From Kiritimatiellia bacterium (GTDB taxonomy: Bacteria; Verrucomicrobiota; Kiritimatiellia; SLAD01), in the NCBI GenBank assembly GCA_007134735.1, contig SLKG01000043.1, positions 19,317 through 83,316 of the forward strand: a stretch of DNA of 64,000 nucleotides, read 5' to 3'. Positions within the stretch are counted from its first letter, which is position 1. Each line of letters starts with the position of its first letter. Both the position numbers and the translations under genes were made by a program. The notes beneath the pieces were generated by a model. The model saw nothing but the letters and a program-made list of their open reading frames with translations, was not told where the DNA came from and did not search any database. Of the stretch, positions 27,696 through 36,193 are shown one piece after another.

Positions 27696-28813
27696 GGAGA
27701 AGTTCATGCCGCATTCGCTCTTCCTCGTCCTCGTTCTCGTACTCGTACTCGATCTCAACCCATTGGTTCGTCGCGAGAACGAGGACGAGAACGAGGACGA
27801 TTAAGAGGGAAAAGGGCTCCGCGCTCATCGTGGCCTTATGGGTGATTGTGTTGTTGTCGTTGTTGGTGGCTTCTTTTGCCTTTGACATGAAGGTCGAGTT
27901 GGAGATCACCTCGTTCTATCGAAACCGGCTCAAGGCGCAGTATGTGGCGCAGGGCGGCATGGAACTGGCCAAGGTGATTATCAAGCAAAGCACGAAGGTG
28001 GATGAGGCGCTCGAGGAGGAATTCTTTCACGAAGACGAGCAAATTGCCCTGGGCGCCGTCAACCTCTCACGGGGCACGGCCATGCGCAATTTAAAACGGG
28101 AAATCGGGGAGGGGACATTAACCCTGACGATTGAGCCCGAGGAAGGCCGGCGAAATATCAATCTTCTGGTGGATGACTACGATGACTGGGAGGAAATTCT
28201 CGACCAGGCCGGAGTGCCCCAGGAATTATGGCCGGAGTTGATTCACACCTTCTGGGATTTTATCGAACCCGGTGATACACGGCGTCTCCACGGGGCCGAA
28301 CCGGACGATCCATGGTACACACGACGGGGCTACGAGGCAAAGGGGGCGGAACTCGACACCATTGACGAACTGCTCCTGGTGAAGGGGTTCACCGAGGAAA
28401 TCGTGTACGGCAGTCCGCCCGGAACCCCGGCCGATGAAAGTATGCGGGGCATCGCATCGTGGCTGACGACCTGGACGACGGACAATCGCGTCAACGTCAA
28501 TACGGCGTCCCGGGAAGTGCTTCTGACCATCAGCGGTATTGATGAGTTTGTCGTGGATGCTATTATCGAACATCGCGTGGGGCTTGACGGAATAGCGGGA
28601 ACCCGCGAGGACGGCTTCGAAAGCGTGGACGAGGTGATTGCGTTGACCGGGATGCGGGCCGATTTGCGTGACCGGATACGCGTTCGCGATGTAGATTTCT
28701 ATCGGATTACCTCGATCGGCGAGGTGCGCGGCGTGCGGCGCGGCGCGTGGGCCGTGATGCGCGTGGAGAACGGGGATGTGACGCCGGTTTTCTGGCGCGA
28801 AGAGCAATTGTAG
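27692..28813 (+). CDS. gspK: Minor pseudopilin GspK
   Basis: G|SALIVALWVIVLL, RNINL, DELLLVKGF and VNVNTASREVL. Confidence 0.9.
   Translation: MRRSSCRIRSSSSSFSYSYSISTHWFVARTRTRTRTIKREKGSALIVALWVIVLLSLLVASFAFDMKVELEITSFYRNRLKAQYVAQGGMELAKVIIKQSTKVDEALEEEFFHEDEQIALGAVNLSRGTAMRNLKREIGEGTLTLTIEPEEGRRNINLLVDDYDDWEEILDQAGVPQELWPELIHTFWDFIEPGDTRRLHGAEPDDPWYTRRGYEAKGAELDTIDELLLVKGFTEEIVYGSPPGTPADESMRGIASWLTTWTTDNRVNVNTASREVLLTISGIDEFVVDAIIEHRVGLDGIAGTREDGFESVDEVIALTGMRADLRDRIRVRDVDFYRITSIGEVRGVRRGAWAVMRVENGDVTPVFWREEQL
27718..27807. repeat. Inverted hexamer arrays (CTCGTN / GAGRAC) inside the gspK leader
   Basis: CTCTTC CTCGTC CTCGTT CTCGTA CTCGTA CTCGAT CTCAAC ... GAGAAC GAGGAC GAGAAC GAGGAC GATTAA GAG. 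Confidence 0.9.
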
Positions 28814-28901
28814 ACGAATATGGTATGGTGTATGGGATGGTCCCAATCGGGATGCCCGGTTTGGGATCCGGACATGTGGATGCGGAGAAAGCGAAAGAAC
28901 G

Positions 28902-30287
28902 ATGTCCAGTAAAGACCAGATAGCGGGCGTGGTGCTGTGCGATCATGAGATCGAATGGACCGTGCTGCGCCGGAAGAAGGGGGTGTACGGGGTCCAGGAC
29001 CATCAGCGCGTTGGGCTGGAATCCAGACCCGATGAAGCGTGGTCCCCCGAAGAATGGGCGACCCGTATCAAGTCAACATGCGGAAGCCTCCGGGGGCATA
29101 CGTGTTTGGGCATGAACAGCGACCAGGTTCTTTTGCGCGTGGCGGATCTGCCCTCGGGTGATCCGGAAGAGCTGGGGGGCATGGTGGAACTGCAGGTGGA
29201 CAAGTTTTCTCCCTTCCCCATTGAACACATGGTCATTTCCTACGAGGTTCTTTCCTCCGGAGAGAACAGTGTCCGTGTGCTCATTGCCGCGACCCGCACG
29301 GAGGCGGTGGAGGCGTTGGGCGAACGGTTTTCCCTCGCCGGCCGGAGGCTGGAACGTATCGATTTGAAGATCATGGGGTGGTGGACCCTGATCCGGGAGC
29401 AGGGCGATGTGCCCCGGAAGGGCCGGCATGCGCTCATGTTGATTGATCGGGGGGCTTGCGAATTGATCGTATGTCAGGACGGCGTTCCTGTCGTGATTCG
29501 GCATCTGGGCGATGCCGGGGATTTGGAGGATGACGCGTTTATCATGGAGCTGGCCGAGGAAACCGGCTACACGCTCACATCGCTGGAATCCGAATGGGGG
29601 GCGGTCGAAACGCCCCGGATGACATTGTGGCACGACGGGGACGGGCCGCCTGAAAAAATCATGGAGGCCGTACGGCGGGAATGCGCGGTGGAAGTGGATA
29701 TCCGGTCGCTTGACGACTTGTCGCCCGTCAGCGAAGGCATCGCGCGACGGTGTGCCGAAGGGAAGTCCCGTCTCGATTTAACGCCGCGGGAATGGCACGA
29801 GGCCGAGCACCTCAAAACCGCCAACCGGCGGTTCGCGGCCACGGTGGCCTCCATCCTGGGAGTTTGGTTGTTGGGCACCGCCCTTTTCCTCGGATCGCTC
29901 CATCTTCTGCATCGGCAGATGGAACAATTGCAGGAGGATGTACGGGCCCTGGAGGAGCCGGCGGAACGGGTGCGTGAATTGCGAAGCCGCGTTGAATCGC
30001 TGGAGCAATATGCGGATCGCACCTATTCGGCCCTGGAGTGTTTGCGCGAGGTTAGTGACCGCATGCCTTCCGGGGTGGATTTGAGTTCATTCGTCTATCG
30101 CAAGGGCCGGTCCATCAATTTGCGCGGCGAAGCCAACACGGTCACGCCCATCTATGATTTCTTTGATGCGATGGAGGCGTCCGAGCTCTTCTACGAAGTC
30201 AAACCGGAAGGCATAACCCAGGCGGCCGGCGGCCGCCGGCGGCCGGAATTCCGGCTGACGATTGCGTTGCCGGGGGAAGCGCCATGA
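28902..30287 (+). CDS. gspL: GspL / PilM-PilN-like protein
   Basis: Actin-like N-domain (LP..DPEEL..MVELQV...SPFP), one TM helix, coiled coil and PilN-like C-domain; operon position. Confidence 0.8.
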   Translation: MSSKDQIAGVVLCDHEIEWTVLRRKKGVYGVQDHQRVGLESRPDEAWSPEEWATRIKSTCGSLRGHTCLGMNSDQVLLRVADLPSGDPEELGGMVELQVDKFSPFPIEHMVISYEVLSSGENSVRVLIAATRTEAVEALGERFSLAGRRLERIDLKIMGWWTLIREQGDVPRKGRHALMLIDRGACELIVCQDGVPVVIRHLGDAGDLEDDAFIMELAEETGYTLTSLESEWGAVETPRMTLWHDGDGPPEKIMEAVRRECAVEVDIRSLDDLSPVSEGIARRCAEGKSRLDLTPREWHEAEHLKTANRRFAATVASILGVWLLGTALFLGSLHLLHRQMEQLQEDVRALEEPAERVRELRSRVESLEQYADRTYSALECLREVSDRMPSGVDLSSFVYRKGRSINLRGEANTVTPIYDFFDAMEASELFYEVKPEGITQAAGGRRRPEFRLTIALPGEAP

Positions 30288-30820
30288 AATTGAACCCACG
30301 GGAGAGAATGCTGACCATTGGAGCGCTGGTGGTGGTACTGGCGGCGGTGTCCTACTGGGTCGGCGAATCCCGCTATGCCGAGTGGCGGGAAACCGCCCGC
30401 ATGGAAGAGGCCTTGAGACAGCGCCGGGTCATTGCGGAGCGCCTGTTGGATCAACGGGACGACCTGGATCGTCGAATGGAGGCATTACGGGAGGGGTTGC
30501 CCCGGCATTCGATGGAGGCGGATGTGACCTCCCAGTTGTTACGCAGCCTTCAGCGGACAGCGGATGATCACGGGTTGCAACTGCTTCGGCGGGAACCGGA
30601 AGAAGAAAGACGCATTGGTGAATTGTACGAATTGGCCATTACGTGCACGTGGGAGGGCACGTTGGATGCGCTGGTGCATTTTCTCTATGCACTCCACACA
30701 CAAGGTGCTAATGTGGACGTGCGACACTTAACCATAGCGCCACACCCGGGACAGCCTGCGCAATTGCGCGGAAGTTTTACGGTGGACTATGCGTATAGCC
30801 GTGTAGCAAGGGATTCGTGA
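30284..30820 (+). CDS. gspM: GspM/PilO-like protein
   Basis: MKLNPRERML, TM helix, coiled coil and GTLDALVHFLYAL. Confidence 0.8.
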   Translation: MKLNPRERMLTIGALVVVLAAVSYWVGESRYAEWRETARMEEALRQRRVIAERLLDQRDDLDRRMEALREGLPRHSMEADVTSQLLRSLQRTADDHGLQLLRREPEEERRIGELYELAITCTWEGTLDALVHFLYALHTQGANVDVRHLTIAPHPGQPAQLRGSFTVDYAYSRVARDS

Positions 30821-33393
30821 AGGATCATGAACCAGGTGGACAAAACCCTGAGACAAGGAGCGCGGGGATTGTGATGTTATTCGCGCGGCGAAGGCGGTCT
30901 TTTTTGCGCGCCGTTACCTACGGCGTCCTGCTTGCGTTTACGGGCGGGCCGTGGACGGTGTATGCGCAGACCGTGCTTCCGGCAACGGTGCAGCGGGGGG
31001 ATACCGAACAGCTGGTTTCGCTTAATTTCAGGGATGCGCCGCTGGATCAGGTGCTCGAGTTCTACAGCCAGTTGACGGGACGCACCATGATCCGGGCGCC
31101 GGGAATCAGCGCGACGATCACACTGCGCGGCCAGACACGCCTTTCGGAAACGGAGGCCCTTCAGGCCATCGACAGCGTATTGGCGATGCACAATGTGGCG
31201 CTGGTGCCGATGGGCGAGAAGTTCCTCAAGGTGGTTCAGCCGGGCACCGTCCGCCAGGAAGGGCTGGGCATCGGTTTTGATCTTCCGGATGATTCGTTTC
31301 CCGAGGCGGACAAGCTGATCAGCCAGGTCATCAATCTTACCTTTATGGAAATCGCCGAGATCCAGCCCATCATACAGTCCTTGATTCACGGATACGGAAA
31401 GATTCAACCGCTCGAACGAACCAACAGCCTGTTGATTACCGATACCGCTGCCAATATCCGGCGCATCCTGGAAGTCATTGAATTTGTGGACCGGCCGGTG
31501 GAGATACAGGAGGACATGTTTGTCCGGGAGTTGATGTACGCCGAGGCGAGCCAGGTGGCGGGACGATTGAACGAATTGATTGCGGACGCGGAGGATCGGG
31601 ATGTGCGTGCGCGTCCGGCGGCGCGCGCGGCGCCGCGTCCCGATGACGAGGCTCCCCGCGGACCGCCGGGTGTGATCCGTCCCCGCCGGGAACAGCCGGA
31701 AGCCCCGGCCGCAACGGCCGATGTGGCGGAACTGGTCGAGCGGGGGATCATTCACGGGCGGGTCAAGATCGTGGCTGATGATCGAATCAATACGCTGTTC
31801 ATTATTTCCCGCCCGGTCAATTTCGCGTTCTTTGACCGGATCATCGATGTGCTGGATCGTCCGGTCGACCCGGAAATCATTGTCCGCGTAATTTCATTGG
31901 AATATGCCCAGGCGGAAGACCTGGCCGGAATTCTTAACGAATTTATCGGAGCCGTGGCGGCGGATCGGCCGACGCGCGCGGTGGAACGGGGTGTGGGGGC
32001 CGAAGACACGCCGGCGGCCCGGGCGGAGGCGTTACGCGATTTCGTGGCCGCACGGGCGGAACGGCTGCAGGAAGTGGTTAGTGAAGACGCAACCCGGTTT
32101 GGCCGGCTCTCGCCGTTGACCCAGATCTTGTCCGATAAGCGAACCAATTCCCTTTTGTTGATGGGGCGGCGCAGCGACATTGCGGCGCTGGAGGAGATCA
32201 TCGATCAACTGGACGTCATGCTGGGGCAGGTGTTGATCGAGGCGGTTATTCTGGAGGTGAATCTCAGCGATACGCTGGATTACGGGATCAGCTGGTTGCA
32301 GCGCTCCCTCGAGGTGGTCAGCGAGGAGCGTGTCGGCCCGGGGCGGGGCGTTACGATTGCCGAACCCGTGGCGGCCTTCGGCGGCGGATTCATGGGCCGG
32401 GAGACATCGTTCATTGATGCCGGAGAGGTCGGGCGGGCAACCACCTTGTCTCCCGGTGCGCTGACCTATTACGCGACGTTGCACGGCCTGAATGTGGACG
32501 CGGTAATCCGATTGGCGGCCACGACGGGCGATGCGCGCGTGCTGTCCACGCCGGTCATCATGACCACCGACAATACCGAGGCGCGGATTATCGTCGGCGA
32601 ACAGCGTCCGGTGGTGACGTCCACCGCGGTATCCGGAGTGGGGGATCGCACGGTGTCTTCGTATCAATACAAGGACATTGGGATCAATCTGACCGTCACC
32701 CCGCGGATCAACCCCCAGCGCATTGTGGTTATGGAGATAAGCCAGAGCGCGGACGATGTGGTGGGCACGGTGACCATCGACGATAACGAAGTGCCGATCA
32801 TTACCAAGCGGGAATTCGAGGCGTCGGTATCCGTAGCCAGCCGTTCCACGATCGCCTTGGGCGGATTGGTGCGTACCGATGATCGTTTGACCCGGACGAA
32901 GGTGCCGGTGTTGGGCGACATCCCCCTGCTGGGCCTGCTTTTCCGGACCCAGTCGCTACAGGAGCGCCGCACGGAGCTGATCGTGTTGTTGACGCCCTAT
33001 GTGGTCATGACTCCGGAAGAAGCGCGTGAAGAAACGTACCGGTTACACCATGCCGGCCAATCCAGCCAAACCCAATGGCATCGCGGATGGTCGGACAGCG
33101 AATTCGCCTATCCTCCGAATACCGAGCGTGTCTATTATCCATTTACCTCCCCGGAAGATATCCAGCAGTTGCCCCATGAGGAAAGGGACTATCGGGCCAA
33201 AGAGAAACTACCCCCGGATGCTGTTTTTCAGGTGATTCCCGAAGAGCGCCCGGTGGTGCGTCCCGCGGAACCCGCTCCCGTCCCGGAACCGGCGGAACCC
33301 GTTCCTCCGCCCGTTGAGGAGGAACCGACAACTCCGCGGGTTCCTCATGTGCCTGTGGATGGTGATATTTTTGCGCCCGTCCCGGTCTGGTGA
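30817..33393 (+). CDS. gspD: Type II secretion secretin GspD
   Basis: LNFRDAPL, RTNSLLI repeats, QVLIEAVILEV, LTVTPRIN, KVPVLGDIPLLGLLFR and TELIVLLTP. Start may be 30871/30874. Confidence 0.95.
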   Translation: MKDHEPGGQNPETRSAGIVMLFARRRRSFLRAVTYGVLLAFTGGPWTVYAQTVLPATVQRGDTEQLVSLNFRDAPLDQVLEFYSQLTGRTMIRAPGISATITLRGQTRLSETEALQAIDSVLAMHNVALVPMGEKFLKVVQPGTVRQEGLGIGFDLPDDSFPEADKLISQVINLTFMEIAEIQPIIQSLIHGYGKIQPLERTNSLLITDTAANIRRILEVIEFVDRPVEIQEDMFVRELMYAEASQVAGRLNELIADAEDRDVRARPAARAAPRPDDEAPRGPPGVIRPRREQPEAPAATADVAELVERGIIHGRVKIVADDRINTLFIISRPVNFAFFDRIIDVLDRPVDPEIIVRVISLEYAQAEDLAGILNEFIGAVAADRPTRAVERGVGAEDTPAARAEALRDFVAARAERLQEVVSEDATRFGRLSPLTQILSDKRTNSLLLMGRRSDIAALEEIIDQLDVMLGQVLIEAVILEVNLSDTLDYGISWLQRSLEVVSEERVGPGRGVTIAEPVAAFGGGFMGRETSFIDAGEVGRATTLSPGALTYYATLHGLNVDAVIRLAATTGDARVLSTPVIMTTDNTEARIIVGEQRPVVTSTAVSGVGDRTVSSYQYKDIGINLTVTPRINPQRIVVMEISQSADDVVGTVTIDDNEVPIITKREFEASVSVASRSTIALGGLVRTDDRLTRTKVPVLGDIPLLGLLFRTQSLQERRTELIVLLTPYVVMTPEEAREETYRLHHAGQSSQTQWHRGWSDSEFAYPPNTERVYYPFTSPEDIQQLPHEERDYRAKEKLPPDAVFQVIPEERPVVRPAEPAPVPEPAEPVPPPVEEEPTTPRVPHVPVDGDIFAPVPVW

Positions 33394-33406
33394 TACGTAT
33401 TCCGCA

Positions 33407-34141
33407 TCACGAATCCCGTTTCATCTGTTCCGCCGTCCACCGCGTTTGCCGTGCGATTCCCATGAGAATGCGCACGTCGATTTCGGTCAGCGATCCCCGG
33501 GACAGAATCCGCCGCAGGCCCAGCATCATGTGCGCCGCCGTATCTTCATCCATGAACCCGATAGCCAGCAGGGATTCCCGCCACATGGCGAACATGCGTT
33601 CACGCAATTCGGAGGGGGCCTCGGGCGACGACTCCTGCGGAGGGATCGGCACCCGGCCGGCCAGAAATAATTCGTAACAACAGACGATGACGGCATGGGA
33701 AAGATTGAGGGAGGCGTATTCCTCGGACGACGGGATTTGAATCAGTTGCGTACAGAGCGCGATATCCGCGTTGTTCAACCCGTGATCTTCGGGTCCGAAC
33801 ACGAGCGCCACGCGGGTGTGTTGCGCGGCTTCCAGCAGTGTCGGTGCCCAGTCCCTCGGGGTGCGCGCGTGTTGACGGTACAGGCCGGCGCGCGCCGTCG
33901 TGCCTGCGACCAATCCGCAATCGGCCACGGCTTCAGCCAGCGTGGCGAATTCCCGGCGCTGTTCGAGCACGGCGTCCGCCCGATACGCCATCTTCCGGGC
34001 TTCGCTCCAGTCCGTGTCCGCCCGGGGTTCGGCGATGGCCAGGTCGCGGATACCCATGTTCAGCATGGCCCGGCAGACGGAACCGATGTTTCCGCCGTAG
34101 ACCGGACGAACGAGAACGATTCTGACATGATCCAGCGACAT
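33407..34141 (-). CDS. trmJ: tRNA/rRNA SPOUT methyltransferase, TrmJ/LasT family
   Basis: IVLVRP..GGNIGSVCRAM, GTTAR, ALVFGPEDHGL and SLNLSHAV. Confidence 0.9.
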   Translation of the reverse strand: MSLDHVRIVLVRPVYGGNIGSVCRAMLNMGIRDLAIAEPRADTDWSEARKMAYRADAVLEQRREFATLAEAVADCGLVAGTTARAGLYRQHARTPRDWAPTLLEAAQHTRVALVFGPEDHGLNNADIALCTQLIQIPSSEEYASLNLSHAVIVCCYELFLAGRVPIPPQESSPEAPSELRERMFAMWRESLLAIGFMDEDTAAHMMLGLRRILSRGSLTEIDVRILMGIARQTRWTAEQMKRDS

Positions 34142-34345
34142 GGGTGCCAGTATAGATGGTTTTCCTCTCCGTTCGCAATGCCCGGCAACAAAGGCGCGAT
34201 ATTTGACGGCCCCGGCCGGGGTCCGCGATGGCGCCGGTTTGGTGGTAATGGTGTTGAGGCCCGCGATTCAAGAGCCGTTTTGATGCTGGACGGAGCAAGC
34301 GGCTCCGGTATAGGTTGTGCCGGTATCGCAGACATGGAGGAACAC

Positions 34346-34825
34346 ATGGACGAACTTCTAAAAATACTGAAGAATAACGCGCTGGAAAGCCCGGGCAACA
34401 TCGCCAAGATGCTGAACATGAGCGAGGATGAAGTCCGGAAACGGATCAAGGAATATGAGAAGAAGGGCATCATCCGGGGTTACCAGGCCGTTGTTAACGA
34501 GGACCAACTCGATATCAATCGCGTGATGGCCGTTATTGAAGTCACGGTAACACCGGAACGCGAGGGCGGGTTTGATCGCGTATCAAACCGCATCAGCCGT
34601 TTCCCGGAGGTCGAATCGCTCTACCTGGTTTCCGGCGATTACGATCTGCTGCTCTTTGTAGAGGGCCGGGATCTGAAGTCGGTCTCTTCTTTTGTAAGCG
34701 AGCGGCTGGCCACGATCGAGGGCGTGAAGAGTACGGTTACCCATTTCATGCTCAAAACCTATAAACATCATGGCGTCGAGATGGAAAGTCAGGATGAATA
34801 CGAAAGACTCAAAGTGTCCCCGTGA
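34346..34825 (+). CDS. Lrp/AsnC family transcriptional regulator
   Basis: HTH followed by a RAM domain (LVSGDYDL, STVTHF); RBS GGAGG before ATG 34346. Confidence 0.92.
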   Translation: MDELLKILKNNALESPGNIAKMLNMSEDEVRKRIKEYEKKGIIRGYQAVVNEDQLDINRVMAVIEVTVTPEREGGFDRVSNRISRFPEVESLYLVSGDYDLLLFVEGRDLKSVSSFVSERLATIEGVKSTVTHFMLKTYKHHGVEMESQDEYERLKVSP

Positions 34826-35984
34826 TCCCATAGCGGCTCATCTTCGGGATGTGCCCCGTTCCGGGATCCGCGATTTCTTTGAAATTGTGAGTTCCGTTCC
34901 GGACGTCATCAGTCTTGGAATCGGGGAACCGGATTTCGATACGCCCTGGCATGTCCGTGAGGCCTCGATGTTTGCGCTGGAAAAGGGCGCGACGAAGTAC
35001 ACCTCGAACATGGGTTTGCCAAAATTACGGAAAGCCATTGCCCGGTACGTGGGCGATACCTTTCATGTGTCATACGATGCGGACCGCGAAGTATTGATCA
35101 CGGTGGGCGTCAGTGAAGCCTTGGACCTGGCGGTGCGCGCGCTCGTCAATCCGGGCGACGAGGTCCTGTATCATGAACCGTCCTATGTTTCGTATCGGCC
35201 GTTGATCCAGTTTGCGCATGGCTGTCCCGTGCCCGTGGAAACGCGGAGAGAAGAAGGCTTTCGGATTACCCGGGACCGGCTCGAAGAGCGGATTACGGAG
35301 CGCTCCCGCCTGTTGATCCTGAATTATCCGAACAATCCCACCGGCGCGGTTCTGAACCGGGAGGATGTGCGCATTATGGCGGAATGCGCCCGGGAACATG
35401 ACCTCATGGTGATCACGGATGAGATCTATGCGGAAATGACCTATAACGGTTCGCATGTAAGCATTGCGTCCATGCCGGAAATGAAGGAACGCACCATTTT
35501 CCTGCACGGGTTCTCCAAGTCATGGGCCATGACCGGATTCCGGATCGGGTATGCCTGTGCGCCTCCGGAATTAACGGAAGCCATGATGAAGATTCATCAA
35601 TATACGATGTTGTGCGCGCCGATTCTCAGCCAGGAAGCGGCGATGGAAGCCCTCAATGAACCGGATAACGATATCCGGGAAATGCGGGATGAATACGTCC
35701 GGCACCGGAATTACATATATCATGCATTCCGCGATATGGGGTTGCCGTGTGTGGAGCCGGGCGGCGCTTTCTATGCGTTTCCGTATATCGGCGATACGGG
35801 CATATCCTCTAAAGATTTCGCCCTTCGGTTGCTCGAAGAGGAAAAGGTCGCCGTTGTGCCGGGTTCGGCGTTCGGCGCTTGTGGCGAAGGCTACGTGCGG
35901 TGTTCATATGCCACCTCGCTTGAGGAACTCAAGGAAGCCATGACGCGGATGGCCGGATTTGTCAGGCGGATAACAAGCTGTTGA
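34794..35984 (+). CDS. Class I/II PLP-dependent aminotransferase
   Basis: LGIGEPDF, YPNNPTG, DEIY, FSKSWAMTGFRIG and GAFYAF. Confidence 0.95.
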   Translation: MNTKDSKCPRDPIAAHLRDVPRSGIRDFFEIVSSVPDVISLGIGEPDFDTPWHVREASMFALEKGATKYTSNMGLPKLRKAIARYVGDTFHVSYDADREVLITVGVSEALDLAVRALVNPGDEVLYHEPSYVSYRPLIQFAHGCPVPVETRREEGFRITRDRLEERITERSRLLILNYPNNPTGAVLNREDVRIMAECAREHDLMVITDEIYAEMTYNGSHVSIASMPEMKERTIFLHGFSKSWAMTGFRIGYACAPPELTEAMMKIHQYTMLCAPILSQEAAMEALNEPDNDIREMRDEYVRHRNYIYHAFRDMGLPCVEPGGAFYAFPYIGDTGISSKDFALRLLEEEKVAVVPGSAFGACGEGYVRCSYATSLEELKEAMTRMAGFVRRITSC

Positions 35985-36193
35985 TACATTGTGGCCGACG
36001 TGTGGATGGTTGCCCGTTTCCGGTCCCCGGAATATCCGTAACACCTTAAGGAAAGGAATGTTGTGAAAACATTCCGCGGTGTTGATAACCGGCGTCCTGA
36101 TGGTTCCCTGGGTGCGCCGACCTGTTCATAACTTCGCTCATGGTATGGGATCCCCATGGTGCCGTGGGCGTGGGCGCTCATGCCATAAGCGGG

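Noticed and set aside
30817..30873. Heptamer-like periodicity at the gspD 5' end
   Set aside because: Too degenerate to support, and the start codon is uncertain.
33695..34345. Long N-terminal extension of the Lrp ORF (likewise acpS 38181-38723 and pilD 48741-48932)
   Set aside because: Overlaps neighbouring genes; downstream starts match the family N-termini, supported by an RBS or stop-start coupling.
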